Of a stretch of DNA of 64,000 bases, positions 22,479 to 32,047 are shown piece after piece (position 1 is the stretch's first letter; the number at the start of each line of letters is the position of its first letter). A model generated the notes under the pieces. It made no database searches and was not told the DNA's origin. It saw nothing but the letters and a program-made list of their open reading frames with translations. The stretch covers positions 1 through 64,000 of the forward strand of contig CAWBNQ010000006.1 of NCBI GenBank assembly GCA_963790205.1, written 5' to 3'. The stretch comes from Nitrospirota bacterium (GTDB lineage Bacteria > Nitrospirota > UBA9217). The position numbers and the translations under genes are program-made.

Positions 22479-22515
22479 AAAAACCCGGAGGGCTGCAGGC
22501 CTTCCGGGTTTTTCT
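22479..22515. terminator. bidirectional intrinsic terminator (folD side)
   Basis: AAAAACCCGGAGGGC...GCCTTCCGGGTTTTT. Confidence 0.75.
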
Positions 22516-22569
22516 TACTGTTCATGTAACGTAATCATGCATCCTGCAACGTGTACCCTGCGTCATGCA

Positions 22570-23421
22570 TTACGCATTTTGCAGTTTCGCCGCCTTGACC
22601 ACGTGCTTTAACAGCACGCGGGTCGTGACCGTGCCCACGCCCCCCGGCACGGGCGTGATCGCTCCTGCCGTTTCCTTCGCCGCTTCGGTGTCCACGTCGC
22701 CGACGAACTTGTCGCCCTCGGGGTTGATGCCCACGTCCAGGACCGCGGCCCCCGGCTTGATGTAGTCACTGGTGATCATCTTCGCCTTGCCGATGGCGGC
22801 CACGAGGACGTCGGCGCGCCGGCACACGCCGGGAAGGTCCCTGGTCTTCGAGTGGCAGACGGTCACCGTGGCGTTCTCGCCCAGAAGCAGCATGGACATG
22901 GGCTTGCCCACGACCATGGAACGGCCGATGACCACGGCTTCTTTCCCGCTCATCGGGACCTGGTAAAACCGGAGTATTTCCATCACCGCCTGGGGCGTGG
23001 CCGGCGGGAAACCCGTCATGTCGCCGGCCATGATCTTGCCGGCGTTCACCGGGTTGAAGCAGTCAACGTCCTTTTCCGGCGCGAGGATATGCTTCACCAC
23101 GTTCTCGCTGATCTGCTTGGGAAAGGGCCTCATCACGATGATCCCGTGGATGTTCTTGTCCGCGTTCCGCTGCTTCAGGATATTCACGAATTCGTCCTGG
23201 CTGGTCGCGGCCGGCAGCTGCTCGATCTCGCAGATGATGCCGTTCTTCTCCGCCATCTTCTTTGCGCTGTTGGCGTAAAAGACGGAGTCCTCGGCCCCGC
23301 CCACGATCATGATCCTGAGCGCCGGGTTGACGCCCTTCGCCTTGAGCTCCTGGACGTCCTTCTGGATGTCCTGGTCCAGCTTCTGAGCAACTTCTTTTCC
23401 TGTCAGTAATTTCGCCGGCAT
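22570..23421 (-). CDS. folD: methylene-THF dehydrogenase FolD (probably monofunctional)
   Basis: KDVDC, PATPQAV, VIGRSMVVGKP, DVGIN, TPVPGGVG. Confidence 0.93.
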   Translation of the reverse strand: MPAKLLTGKEVAQKLDQDIQKDVQELKAKGVNPALRIMIVGGAEDSVFYANSAKKMAEKNGIICEIEQLPAATSQDEFVNILKQRNADKNIHGIIVMRPFPKQISENVVKHILAPEKDVDCFNPVNAGKIMAGDMTGFPPATPQAVMEILRFYQVPMSGKEAVVIGRSMVVGKPMSMLLLGENATVTVCHSKTRDLPGVCRRADVLVAAIGKAKMITSDYIKPGAAVLDVGINPEGDKFVGDVDTEAAKETAGAITPVPGGVGTVTTRVLLKHVVKAAKLQNA

Positions 23422-23440
23422 ATGTTCTCCTTCGGATTAA

Positions 23441-23533
23441 AGGGTCCGGGGTCCAGGGGCAGGGTTCAGGTTGATAGCAAAAAAAACTCGAAGCTTCTTG
23501 CTGAACCCTGGTTACTGTCCCCTGTACCCTGTT
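23441..23533. repeat. 7-bp periodic inverted repeat (GGGTCCA / TGAACCC)
   Basis: GGGTCCGGGGTCCAGGGGCAGGGTTCAGG ... CTGAACCCTGGTTACTGTCCCCTGTACCCTG between fchA and folD. Confidence 0.6.
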
Positions 23534-23534
23534 T

Positions 23535-24161
23535 CTATCCCATCTTTTTATACGTCGTCTCCATCACGGCCTTCTCAAGCGCGGCCACCTGCGTCAGCGC
23601 GTCCCGCATGCGCGCCCAGGTTTCCTTGTTGAAGGCCTCGTCCTTGATGCTGTTCACGTTGATCTTGACGTTGAGCGCGGAGCTCTGGGCGCAGGCCTGG
23701 GCCAGGAGCACGGCCACGCCCGCGTCGCTCACCGCCCCCACGTTGCCGATATCAGCGGCCCGTTGGGCAAGCCTCGCGACCTCGAGCGACTTCATCCCGA
23801 TCTCGAAGGGGACCTGGCAGGCCTTCTTGAGGGCCTCCTGCATTGCCATGGTGCGGGCCGCCTTTTCCGCGTCGGTGTTCTTCGGCATCTTGTACACGAG
23901 GGAAAGCGCGCCGTATGCCTCGGTGTCCTTTTGGACAAGGTCCTGCATCTCGGCCCTCAGCTTTTCCGATTCCTTGAGCAAGGCCTCCACCTGCGGCTGA
24001 ACGTCCTTGTACTTTTCCTTGCCGAGCGTAAGGTTCGCAACCATGCTTACGAGCGCCGCCCCGAGCGCGCCGGTGAGCGCGGCCACGCTGCCGCCGCCCG
24101 GTTCAGGCGATTTGCTCGCGAGTTTGTCCATGAAGTGCCGCAGGGGTTGATCGATGTACAT
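23535..24161 (-). CDS. fchA: cyclodeaminase/methenyl-THF cyclohydrolase (FTCD_C family)
   Basis: LASKSPEPGGGSVAAL, MVANLT, YKMPK, GNVGAVSDA, LNVKIN; RBS AAGGAGG; upstream of folD. Confidence 0.85.
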   Translation of the reverse strand: MYIDQPLRHFMDKLASKSPEPGGGSVAALTGALGAALVSMVANLTLGKEKYKDVQPQVEALLKESEKLRAEMQDLVQKDTEAYGALSLVYKMPKNTDAEKAARTMAMQEALKKACQVPFEIGMKSLEVARLAQRAADIGNVGAVSDAGVAVLLAQACAQSSALNVKINVNSIKDEAFNKETWARMRDALTQVAALEKAVMETTYKKMG

Positions 24162-24266
24162 AGTAGAAGGACCCTCCTTGAAGTATGTCCGGTGGGTTGA
24201 AAGCATAATAAAATTGCCGTCTTTTGTCAACAGGAAAATGCCCGGGGGAGGAGCGGGAGGGAGACA

Positions 24267-24375
24267 ATTGAACCTCCCTGCAGCAAGCTGCAGGGAATCC
24301 CGATTCTCAAGGTAAGAACATAATCGTATTCGCTCGCTAGCCCCGCAGCAAGCTGCGGGGTTTGCGCTTACTCCA
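24267..24375. repeat. paired CCC(T/C)GCAGCAAGCTGC(A/G)GGG palindromes (IS200/IS605-end-like MITE)
   Basis: CCCTGCAGCAAGCTGCAGGG (24276-24295) and CCCCGCAGCAAGCTGCGGGG (24341-24360). Confidence 0.6.
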
Positions 24376-24506
24376 GAATTCAAAGTACCTGTGCAGCAGT
24401 CATTATTGATCGTCGTCCCCGATTGCCTCTATCGAGGACCCGGGGGCTTTTGGAACTTCTGGGTTCCCGATTAAACCATCCGGGAATGACCAGAAAAGAG
24501 GAGATG

Positions 24507-24953
24507 CTACTTCATGAGCCGGTCGACCCACTGCACCAGCTCCAGTTTTTCCTTCGGCGCCCCGTCCATGCGGGCTATCTGCGTACCGTTCCTGAACATG
24601 ATGAAGGTCGGCGTGGCCTTTACCGTAAAGCGGCCGGCCAGGCCGGGTTCGGCATCGACATCGACCCTGACCACCTTCAGGCGCCCGGCCCGCCAGGACG
24701 CGAGGTCGTTCACGATGGGTTCCGCCACGCGGCAGTAGCCGCACCACTTGGCCCAGAATTCGAGGAGCACATACTCCGGCCAGTCGAAGATCTCCCGCTC
24801 GAACGTCGCGGCAGTGGCCGTGACCGGCGCGCGGGGGAAATCGAGCGCTGTTTTGCATTGCCCGCAGACCGGATGGGCGGACAATTTATCAGAGGGCACG
24901 CGGTTGAGCGTCCTGCAGGAGGCGCATCGGAGGACGACCGGTTCGTTCGGCAT
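24507..24953 (-). CDS. trxC: thioredoxin 2 (Zn-finger + Trx)
   Basis: N-terminal CxxC...CxxC (CASC, CGQC) and WCGYC active site. Confidence 0.85.
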   Translation of the reverse strand: MPNEPVVLRCASCRTLNRVPSDKLSAHPVCGQCKTALDFPRAPVTATAATFEREIFDWPEYVLLEFWAKWCGYCRVAEPIVNDLASWRAGRLKVVRVDVDAEPGLAGRFTVKATPTFIMFRNGTQIARMDGAPKEKLELVQWVDRLMK

Positions 24954-25318
24954 GGTTTCCTTTCCTGGTTATCGTACGAGTATTATATCACGAAGCACAG
25001 GCCGGCTTGAAGCGTTTTCACCTGCTTCCGGGCCTCCTCGCAATATCGGGTATACTAGAGATGAGCGAGGAAGGCCTGGGACCGGAGGGGCATGCGCTGA
25101 TCCCCCTCACTCACACCCCGCTCTCACCAGTGGCCGAGATATGGCAACAGCAGGCTGCGAGAACGCGGGTGCGGACCCGGGCCCTCTCCCTGGCGGGGCG
25201 AGGGCAAGTTTTGTTTCCTCTCCCATCAGCGGAGAGGACCAAAATGAGGGATGGTTCAGGGCCGACTTAAAAAATCGCTTACCGTTTAAGGTGTGACGCG
25301 TTCAAGGTCTCTAAGGTC

Positions 25319-26380
25319 ATGACCGGGCCTCTTGACAGAAAAATCATCCAGGTAGACGGCTCCTACGGAGAAGGAGGGGGGCAGATCCTCCGTACTTCTC
25401 TCGCGCTCTCCTGCGCGCTCGGGAGACCGGTCGAGCTCGATAATATCCGCAAGGCGCGCAGGAAGCCGGGACTGCAGCCGCAGCACCTCATGGCGCTCAA
25501 AGCCGCGGCAGCCATCTGCAGCGCCCGCGTTGAGGGGGCCGGGCTGTCGTCCACGGCCATTCGCTTCTCGCCCGGCCCTCTTGCGGGCGGCGATTACTCC
25601 TTCGACATTGCGGAGAAAACAGGAAGCGCCGGCAGCACATCCCTCGTTCTCCAGACGATCATGCTTCCTCTCTGTTTCTCGGAGCAACCCTCGACCGTAA
25701 CGGTATCGGGCGGCACCCACGCGCCCTGGAGCCCCTCCTTTCACTATCTCCGGCAGGTGTTCTCGACCGCGCTCGCCCGCGCGGGGGCGTCCGTGGATCT
25801 TTCCATTGAGAAATGGGGTTGGTACCCCGTCGGAGGCGGCAGGATCTTCGCGCGGATCGGTCCGATGAGGGCCTTTTCGTTGAACGCGATTGTCGGGCGG
25901 GGAAAACTCAAAGGGGTGGGCGGGATATCGGCGGTCTCGAACCTGCCGCAAGACATCGCCGTTCGTCAGCGCAACCGGGCTTTGAGCGCACTCAGGCAAC
26001 GAGGCGTGGACGCGGCCATCGAGCTTGTTTCCGCGCCGTCGCCCGGCAAGGGAACGTTTGTCTTTCTTCTTGCGGAGTTCGATGCCATCACGGCAGGGTT
26101 CGGCGCGCTCGGCGCGCCCGGCAAGCGGGCCGAAGCCGTGGCGGACGAGGCCTGCCGCGCTTTGTTCGAGTACCTCGATACCACGGGCGCCCTCGATCCG
26201 CATCTGGCTGATCAGATCATTCCCTATTGCGCCCTTGCCGAAAGCACGTCGGAATTCACGACCAGCCGCATTACCCGGCACCTGCTCACGAACATTTGGG
26301 TCGTGCAGCGGTTCACGGCGGCCGAGATCTCCGTTGAGGGTCGTGAAGGGGAGCCGGGGCGGATACGCGTCCGCCCGTGA
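25319..26380 (+). CDS. rtcA: RNA 3'-terminal phosphate cyclase
   Basis: DGSYGEGGGQILRT, PGLQPQH, GGTH, GWYPVGGG, DPHLADQ, TRHLLTN. Confidence 0.95.
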   Translation: MTGPLDRKIIQVDGSYGEGGGQILRTSLALSCALGRPVELDNIRKARRKPGLQPQHLMALKAAAAICSARVEGAGLSSTAIRFSPGPLAGGDYSFDIAEKTGSAGSTSLVLQTIMLPLCFSEQPSTVTVSGGTHAPWSPSFHYLRQVFSTALARAGASVDLSIEKWGWYPVGGGRIFARIGPMRAFSLNAIVGRGKLKGVGGISAVSNLPQDIAVRQRNRALSALRQRGVDAAIELVSAPSPGKGTFVFLLAEFDAITAGFGALGAPGKRAEAVADEACRALFEYLDTTGALDPHLADQIIPYCALAESTSEFTTSRITRHLLTNIWVVQRFTAAEISVEGREGEPGRIRVRP

Positions 26381-26657
26381 GAGAGGGACGGGGAGGCGGG
26401 GGATAAGGGATTGGGACGATAAAAAAATACGTCGAAAAGAAACGTGCATGCCTCTTGGGATAAAATCAGAAGTTTACGTTGATTTTTGTCAAATCTCCTA
26501 GTAGGATACTGCCGAAACACAAGCCTGGTCGCTTCATAGTTCCAACAAGTCCTCAACGATGCTGAGAGTTATTTCGGATCTTCGATGGTTTCACGGGGGC
26601 ACTATTCTATGTTATACTTAACCTGTACAAGGTCATGACGTGAACAAGGAGGGAGTT

Positions 26658-26957
26658 ATGAGGTTGATCGTTGTTGTAATAATGATTCTGGTCCTCGTCG
26701 CCATTGGCGCGACAGGGTGCGTATATACGCACGTTACCATGCCCTTAAGCATCGAGCTCAACAAGACGGACCTGGGCCACAAGCAGGGGAAGGCCGCCAT
26801 GTACTCCGTGTTATGGCTCGTTGCCTGGGGAGATGCGGGCGCCGCCGCTGCGGCGAAAAACGGCGGGATCACCGTGCTGACGCACATGGATCGGGAATTC
26901 GAATCGGTTATGTTCGGCATCTACACGCGCACGACGACGGTCGTCTACGGCGACTGA
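26658..26957 (+). CDS. TRL-like lipoprotein
   Basis: Lipobox ATGC; VAWGDAG..AAAKNGGI...D...FGIY...TVVYGD. Confidence 0.75.
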   Translation: MRLIVVVIMILVLVAIGATGCVYTHVTMPLSIELNKTDLGHKQGKAAMYSVLWLVAWGDAGAAAAAKNGGITVLTHMDREFESVMFGIYTRTTTVVYGD

Positions 26958-26968
26958 AGGGGTTTCCG

Positions 26969-27316
26969 ATGAGGAAAATAAAGCTGACAGCCTTTATTCT
27001 GGCGCTGTCTGTTGCTCTGGCCGGCTGCACCCAGGCGCTCTTGTTCAATAACGGAGTGTTCTTACATACCGTGGAGCCGCTCACTTTAAATCAGAATGCA
27101 ACGGACGTGAGGGAGAGCCTGCTGAGGGGGCGTGGCTCCATCACTCAAGTGAGTGATCCTTTAATCTCTGGCTTAAGCGTGCGATTGGGTAAGAATGGAC
27201 TGGGCGATATCGCCAAGAGGCACGGGATTGAGACGATCTATTATGCCGATCTTGAAGAGTGGAGCTGTTGTTTGGGCCTCTGGAGCAGGGACGTGGTGCA
27301 CATCTACGGAAAATAG
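26969..27316 (+). CDS. TRL-like lipoprotein, second copy
   Basis: Lipobox LAGC; GLGDIAKRHGIETIYYAD...LGLW...HIYGK. Confidence 0.7.
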   Translation: MRKIKLTAFILALSVALAGCTQALLFNNGVFLHTVEPLTLNQNATDVRESLLRGRGSITQVSDPLISGLSVRLGKNGLGDIAKRHGIETIYYADLEEWSCCLGLWSRDVVHIYGK

Positions 27317-27333
27317 CGCGTTTGCGTCTGATG

Positions 27334-27367
27334 AAAAAAGCCCTCCGCGGACAGCGGAGGGCTTTTC
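27334..27367. terminator. bidirectional intrinsic terminator
   Basis: AAAAAAGCCCTCCGC-GGACA-GCGGAGGGCTTTT between convergent genes. Confidence 0.85.
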
Positions 27368-27402
27368 ATTTCCGGATCAGGAGGGACCGCCGGGCGCGGC
27401 GC

Positions 27403-27798
27403 TTATTTCAGGTGCTTGGCGCTCTGGACGCTCACTTCATAGGCAATGCTGGCATGGCCGGCGACAAGGTCCTCACTTTTTCCGTCGCAGCATAACCTTC
27501 CCTTTACCGTTTTTTTACGGTCCTTGACCAGGCTGGTGACCACCGGCATCAGGTCAAAGCCCCCGTTGGTGCACTCTTCCCGCATGCAATCCATGTGGAA
27601 ATAGGCGTAATCAGTAGGAAGAAAATTCAACGTCCGCACCATGAGGACGGGGTGCTGGCCGCGCTGGTAATAGGTCAGGCGAAACACGATTTCCGAAATG
27701 CCGGGAAAACGGTCTGAAACCAGGCCCGCAGCCAGTTTCTTCTTTTTCAGCTGTTCCTGCCTTTCCAGATGGTTCTGCCGATAGGTCACGGTGCTCAT
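27403..27798 (-). CDS. hypothetical protein (Cys-containing)
   Basis: RBS GGAGG before MSTVTY; C-x3-C motif CMREC and a later CC. Confidence 0.65.
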   Translation of the reverse strand: MSTVTYRQNHLERQEQLKKKKLAAGLVSDRFPGISEIVFRLTYYQRGQHPVLMVRTLNFLPTDYAYFHMDCMREECTNGGFDLMPVVTSLVKDRKKTVKGRLCCDGKSEDLVAGHASIAYEVSVQSAKHLK

Positions 27799-28408
27799 TG
27801 ATTTGTTTTCCTCCAAATAAGAAAGGCCGCAAAAATATGCTATCTTGCGACCCTCTTGAATGATGCGCGACTTCGAATATTTGTAATTATCGCACAAAAT
27901 GGCCTCTAAGTCAATATGAATATCCTGTTTTCTTCATGATTACGCTAAAATTCAGCGGGTTATGCCTTTTTTATCGCACATTTTTCAAGCTGAGGACTCT
28001 ACGCCGGGAGAGTGGGCAGGCTCCGGCTTCAAACGATCACTCCCGCGATCCCCGCGTCCGGCATGAAAATCAATTTGTAGCGCCTCAACCCCGCAACCCT
28101 CTTGCCTCCCTCCCGGCAATGACCCGGACAAGCCCAGCCTCCCCTTTTGTTCTTTCGTCTAAATCACCAGCCCGACGTCCGGCAAGTGAAACTCGTGCCG
28201 TACTTTCTCTGTGCAATACGCGCGCTCTGCGATCACAAAAAAAATGATGTGTTCCCGCGTTCATCGGCGGATTTTCCCGGCCGTTGCTACTTTTGGTAAC
28301 TCAGGAAAAACGAAGCTGAATATCAGGGATCCCCCGATTGACCTTTAGGAGCAATTAATTTATTCTCGAACAAGTCATAGTATCATTCCCGTAAAACAGA
28401 GGTGAGCG

Positions 28409-28621
28409 ATGGAGTACTTCAAGGTCGTTGCGCCGGGCAGGGAGCATCAGGACAGGGATGTTCTTATCAATACCATACGATACGGAAGGGTCGGAGAGGT
28501 GCTGGCCCTGGGCAAGGGATATGTTCTGGTGTCCGTCGACCTCCCGAATGCCGAAGAGAAGATGGTCATGCTCTGGGATACAACGCCGTCAGACCCAAAA
28601 GTTATAGAGATCCGGGCATGA
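28409..28621 (+). CDS. small hypothetical protein
   Basis: RBS GAGGTG, 70 aa. Confidence 0.5.
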   Translation: MEYFKVVAPGREHQDRDVLINTIRYGRVGEVLALGKGYVLVSVDLPNAEEKMVMLWDTTPSDPKVIEIRA

Positions 28622-28706
28622 AGAAGCCCGCGGAATGATCATACGAGGCCGCAGGAAAAGCGGATCAGCCCGTTCGCAAGAACATCCGGTCTCAGGAGAC
28701 GCGTCC

Positions 28707-29513
28707 ATGCCGAAGACAAAAACGAGGAAAGCCGCTTCACCAAAAAAACACCGCACGGTTCCCAATTATTACGGCTGGGTGCCGGACCTGCCCGACCACC
28801 GCGACTATCTGTACGGCGCACTGCGGCCGGTGCCGCCGGGGCTCCCGCCCCGCGTCGATCTCCGGCCGCACTGCTCGAAGGTCGAGGACCAGGGAACTCT
28901 CGGGAGCTGCACGGCTAACGCGCTCGCGGGCGCGCTCGAGTTCCTGGAAATACGCGACAGGGTGCGCTTCGCGGACCTGAGCAGGCTGTTCATCTATTAC
29001 AACGAGCGGGTGCTCGAGCACTCCGTCCGGTCCGACTCGGGCGCCATGCTCCGCGACGGGATCAAGACCCTGGCAAAGCGGGGCGTCTGCGTTGAAACGA
29101 GCTGGCCCTACGTAATTTCCAGGTTCGCGAAAAAACCAGGCGCGGTCCAGTACAGGGAGGCGGGCGAGCACCAGATCACGTCCTATCGCCGGATCCTGAC
29201 GCTCGACGAGATGCGGACCTGCCTGGCCGAAGGATATCCCTTCGTCTTCGGGTTCACCGCCTATGAAGGCTTCGAGTCGCGAACGGTGGAAAAGACCGGC
29301 AAGCTCAACATGCCGAAGCGAAAAGAGCGGGCCATCGGCGGCCATGCGGTCATGGCCGTTGGATACGACGATGCGGAAAAGCGGTTCATCGTGCGCAATT
29401 CCTGGGGACCGAAATGGGGCATGAAAGGGCACTTTACCATGCCCTACGCGTATGCGGCGGACAGGAACCTCTCCGATGATTTCTGGACCATACGGAGAGG
29501 GGAGAAGCTGTAG
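28707..29513 (+). CDS. C1 (papain-family) cysteine peptidase
   Basis: YGWVPDLPD, QGTLGSCTANA, GGHAVMAVGY, RNSWG. Confidence 0.92.
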   Translation: MPKTKTRKAASPKKHRTVPNYYGWVPDLPDHRDYLYGALRPVPPGLPPRVDLRPHCSKVEDQGTLGSCTANALAGALEFLEIRDRVRFADLSRLFIYYNERVLEHSVRSDSGAMLRDGIKTLAKRGVCVETSWPYVISRFAKKPGAVQYREAGEHQITSYRRILTLDEMRTCLAEGYPFVFGFTAYEGFESRTVEKTGKLNMPKRKERAIGGHAVMAVGYDDAEKRFIVRNSWGPKWGMKGHFTMPYAYAADRNLSDDFWTIRRGEKL

Positions 29514-29596
29514 AAAAAGACCGGGCGTCCCCGGTCCGGCGCCCGGGCAGCGGAGAACAGAGCGAGGATGCGAAATAAACGAAGAGGGAAACCATC

Positions 29597-30280
29597 ATGA
29601 AAAAAAAGGAGCCCGCCGTGAGAAAACGCCGAGCGATCATATACGACGATAATTTCGACGTTGCGGACATATTGAAGGAACATTTCCTGCTGCGGGGCTA
29701 TGAAGCGTTTACGTACCAGAAACCGGTAAACTGCCCGGCGTACGACAATGCCGACTGTAAAGAACAGTATCCCTGCGCCGATATCATCCTTACCGACCTG
29801 GACATGCCCAGGAGGAGCGGCATCGACATGCTGCGCATCCAGTCGCGGAACGGGTGCAGGGTCCCGGCGGGGAGCAGGGCGCTCATGTCGGGCGCTCTCG
29901 ATGAGAAGGGACTGGAGGGCATCAGGGAACTGGGCTGCAGGTATTTCCAAAAACCTTTCTCCTTCGACGAGATTGCGGCGTGGCTCGGCGAGCGCGAGAA
30001 GCAGATGGACCTGTCGCAGCGCCTGGGTATGAGGCGGGAGGAAAAGCGCGCCGAAGCCAACGAAGCGATAGAGTGTCTCGTGGACAATAACGAACCCGTG
30101 GACGGCATCGTCCTGAACAGGAGTTCCCGGGGGCTCTGTTTGCAGGTCCGGTGCCTCGTTCGCGAGGGTCAGACCATAGCTGTTCGTTCCGGACTTTTTC
30201 CTTTTCCCCGGGCTGCATCGGTCCAATGGGTCAGGCCCGCGGGGGACGGTTCCTATGTGACGGGATTGAAGTATGCGTGA
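29597..30280 (+). CDS. receiver domain + PilZ domain protein
   Basis: IYDD...TDLDMP...KPF receiver with a Cys-rich insert; RREEKR and NRSSRGL PilZ motifs. Confidence 0.8.
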   Translation: MKKKEPAVRKRRAIIYDDNFDVADILKEHFLLRGYEAFTYQKPVNCPAYDNADCKEQYPCADIILTDLDMPRRSGIDMLRIQSRNGCRVPAGSRALMSGALDEKGLEGIRELGCRYFQKPFSFDEIAAWLGEREKQMDLSQRLGMRREEKRAEANEAIECLVDNNEPVDGIVLNRSSRGLCLQVRCLVREGQTIAVRSGLFPFPRAASVQWVRPAGDGSYVTGLKYA

Positions 30281-30281
30281 C

Positions 30282-30425
30282 AAGTAGAAGTGAGAAGGTT
30301 GAAGGGTGAAGTTTGAAGTGATAGTACGAGGGAGAAGTGAGAAGGTTGAAGGATGAAGCTTGGAGTCATAGTACTATCCCGAGGGAGAAGTTGTTTCACC
30401 CTTCTCACTTCACCCTTCAAACTTC
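30282..30425. repeat. GAAGTTTGAAG heptamer hairpin element A
   Basis: GAAGTGA GAAGGTT GAAGGGT GAAGTTT GAAGTG ... TTCACCCTTCTCACTTCACCCTTCAAACTT. Confidence 0.8.
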
Positions 30426-30468
30426 CCCCGGTTCCGGGCAGGGAGTTTGACAAAGGAGACGCATACCC

Positions 30469-31137
30469 ATGATCCATGAATATGAAATGAACGGGCTCCT
30501 GGTAAAGACCGGCGACATCATCTGCACCGTTGACAAGGGCCCCTCCATTCTTGACGGACAGTTCTGGCGGTATATCGGGCACCTCATTCCCGGCGAGGTC
30601 GATCATGTCGCCCTCTACGTCGGGCCGGAAGGCCGCTGCGTGGAAGCCGGAGCAAAGGGACGGGTCATAACGTTTTGCGTAACGGACCATGCCTGGGACG
30701 CCCGGAAAATGCGGGACCAGCGCGGGGAGATGGTTGACGCCCTCTATGGCATCGCCTGCCCCGTCCAAGGCAGGGGTCTTTCCGAAAGCGGGAAAGCCGA
30801 GGTCCGTGAAAACGTGGCCCGCTATTGCCTTGCCCAGGCCGCGGCAGGAAAGCCGTATAACCTGGATTTCTTCAACGCGAACAGGGAAGACGCTTTTTAC
30901 TGCAGCCAACTGGCCTATCTGGCCTACTTGAAGAACGGGATAGACTTGAACACCGGCCTGGGAATACCCCATATCCCGCGGACGAGCAGCATCATTTTCC
31001 CGCAGGAGCTCTGGAGCGGATGCGTTCACGCGAAATGCGGCCCGGACGGACAAAAACCCGGAGGGGCCCGCAAGGTCCGCGGGCCCGGGGCCGCTTCAAC
31101 GGCGGCGGGGAAAGGCCGGTCCCGCTTTACCGGGTGA
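30469..31137 (+). CDS. permuted papain-like amidase (YiiX/YebB-like NlpC/P60)
   Basis: KTGDII, DHVALY, VEA, KPYN, FYCSQL..LAY, IFPQEL. Confidence 0.8.
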   Translation: MIHEYEMNGLLVKTGDIICTVDKGPSILDGQFWRYIGHLIPGEVDHVALYVGPEGRCVEAGAKGRVITFCVTDHAWDARKMRDQRGEMVDALYGIACPVQGRGLSESGKAEVRENVARYCLAQAAAGKPYNLDFFNANREDAFYCSQLAYLAYLKNGIDLNTGLGIPHIPRTSSIIFPQELWSGCVHAKCGPDGQKPGGARKVRGPGAASTAAGKGRSRFTG

Positions 31138-31140
31138 ACC

Positions 31141-31521
31141 ATGGCGGAGAAAGAAGGGCATATGCCTGCACAAGAGAGGGACGACGGTCCGGCGCCCGCA
31201 TACACGTGGTTTGTCCTCATGCAGCTCGATCAGCATCGCGAACAATCCATGGGCGACAGGACGCTGAAAATCAAGGACCTGGCCTTTCATAAGGAACACA
31301 GCGGTCCCGGGGACCGGCGGCGCGCGGCAGAGGCCCTGGCCGTGCCCCTGATGAACCTGTACAGCGCGCTCGGCAAGGCCGGGCTCGACGGCGGCGTGAC
31401 CATGGACCAGGCCAGACAGATGATCGTCAGCGTGCTCCTCGACGGAGAACAGACGGTCCTGGACCTCGCCGCGGTCTTCGGCAAATGCTACCGGTTCCCC
31501 GATGAAGGACGGCCCGAATGA
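31141..31521 (+). CDS. hypothetical protein
   Basis: Fills the gap between co-oriented neighbours with 3-10 nt spacing. Confidence 0.5.
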   Translation: MAEKEGHMPAQERDDGPAPAYTWFVLMQLDQHREQSMGDRTLKIKDLAFHKEHSGPGDRRRAAEALAVPLMNLYSALGKAGLDGGVTMDQARQMIVSVLLDGEQTVLDLAAVFGKCYRFPDEGRPE

Positions 31522-31531
31522 AGGAAGCGCG

Positions 31532-32047
31532 ATGAAAATTGCGGAGCTGATCAAGCGGGCGCTCGAACAAAACGGTCTCCCCGTGCTGAGACCGAGGCAG
31601 GCAGCGAAGTCCCTCGACGTAAGCGTGGAGCTTCTGCGGCTCATTCTCACGAAGGGACACGTCCCGAAAGACAAAACGCTCGGCAAAATAGCGGGCAAGC
31701 TCGGCATGAACGCGTCCGCATTGATCCTGGCAGCGCACCAGGAGAGAGTGCCGGCGGAGATGAAGGGCTATTTCCTTTCCGCGGCACCGGAAAAATCCTG
31801 GCGCCGGAAGCGGGTCTTTCCGCTTTCCGAGGAGCAGTGCAATTATCTCGGGAAGATCATGAGTAATGACGAGATCCAGATCGTGAGAAAGTTCCGGCAG
31901 GTCCCGGGGGAGGCGCAAGCGCAGGTCGTGGACTATGTCGATTATCAGTTCGCGTCAAAGAGGACGACGGCGACCCCGGGTCCCGCCGATCAGGGGGACC
32001 CTCAGAATGCCGGTGAAACGATGAGCGCAGACAGGGACACGGTATGA
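31532..32047 (+). CDS. putative XRE/Cro-like HTH protein, paralog 1
   Basis: AAKSLDVSVELLRLIL..GHVP....LGKIAGKLG; clear paralog at 41982. Confidence 0.7.
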   Translation: MKIAELIKRALEQNGLPVLRPRQAAKSLDVSVELLRLILTKGHVPKDKTLGKIAGKLGMNASALILAAHQERVPAEMKGYFLSAAPEKSWRRKRVFPLSEEQCNYLGKIMSNDEIQIVRKFRQVPGEAQAQVVDYVDYQFASKRTTATPGPADQGDPQNAGETMSADRDTV

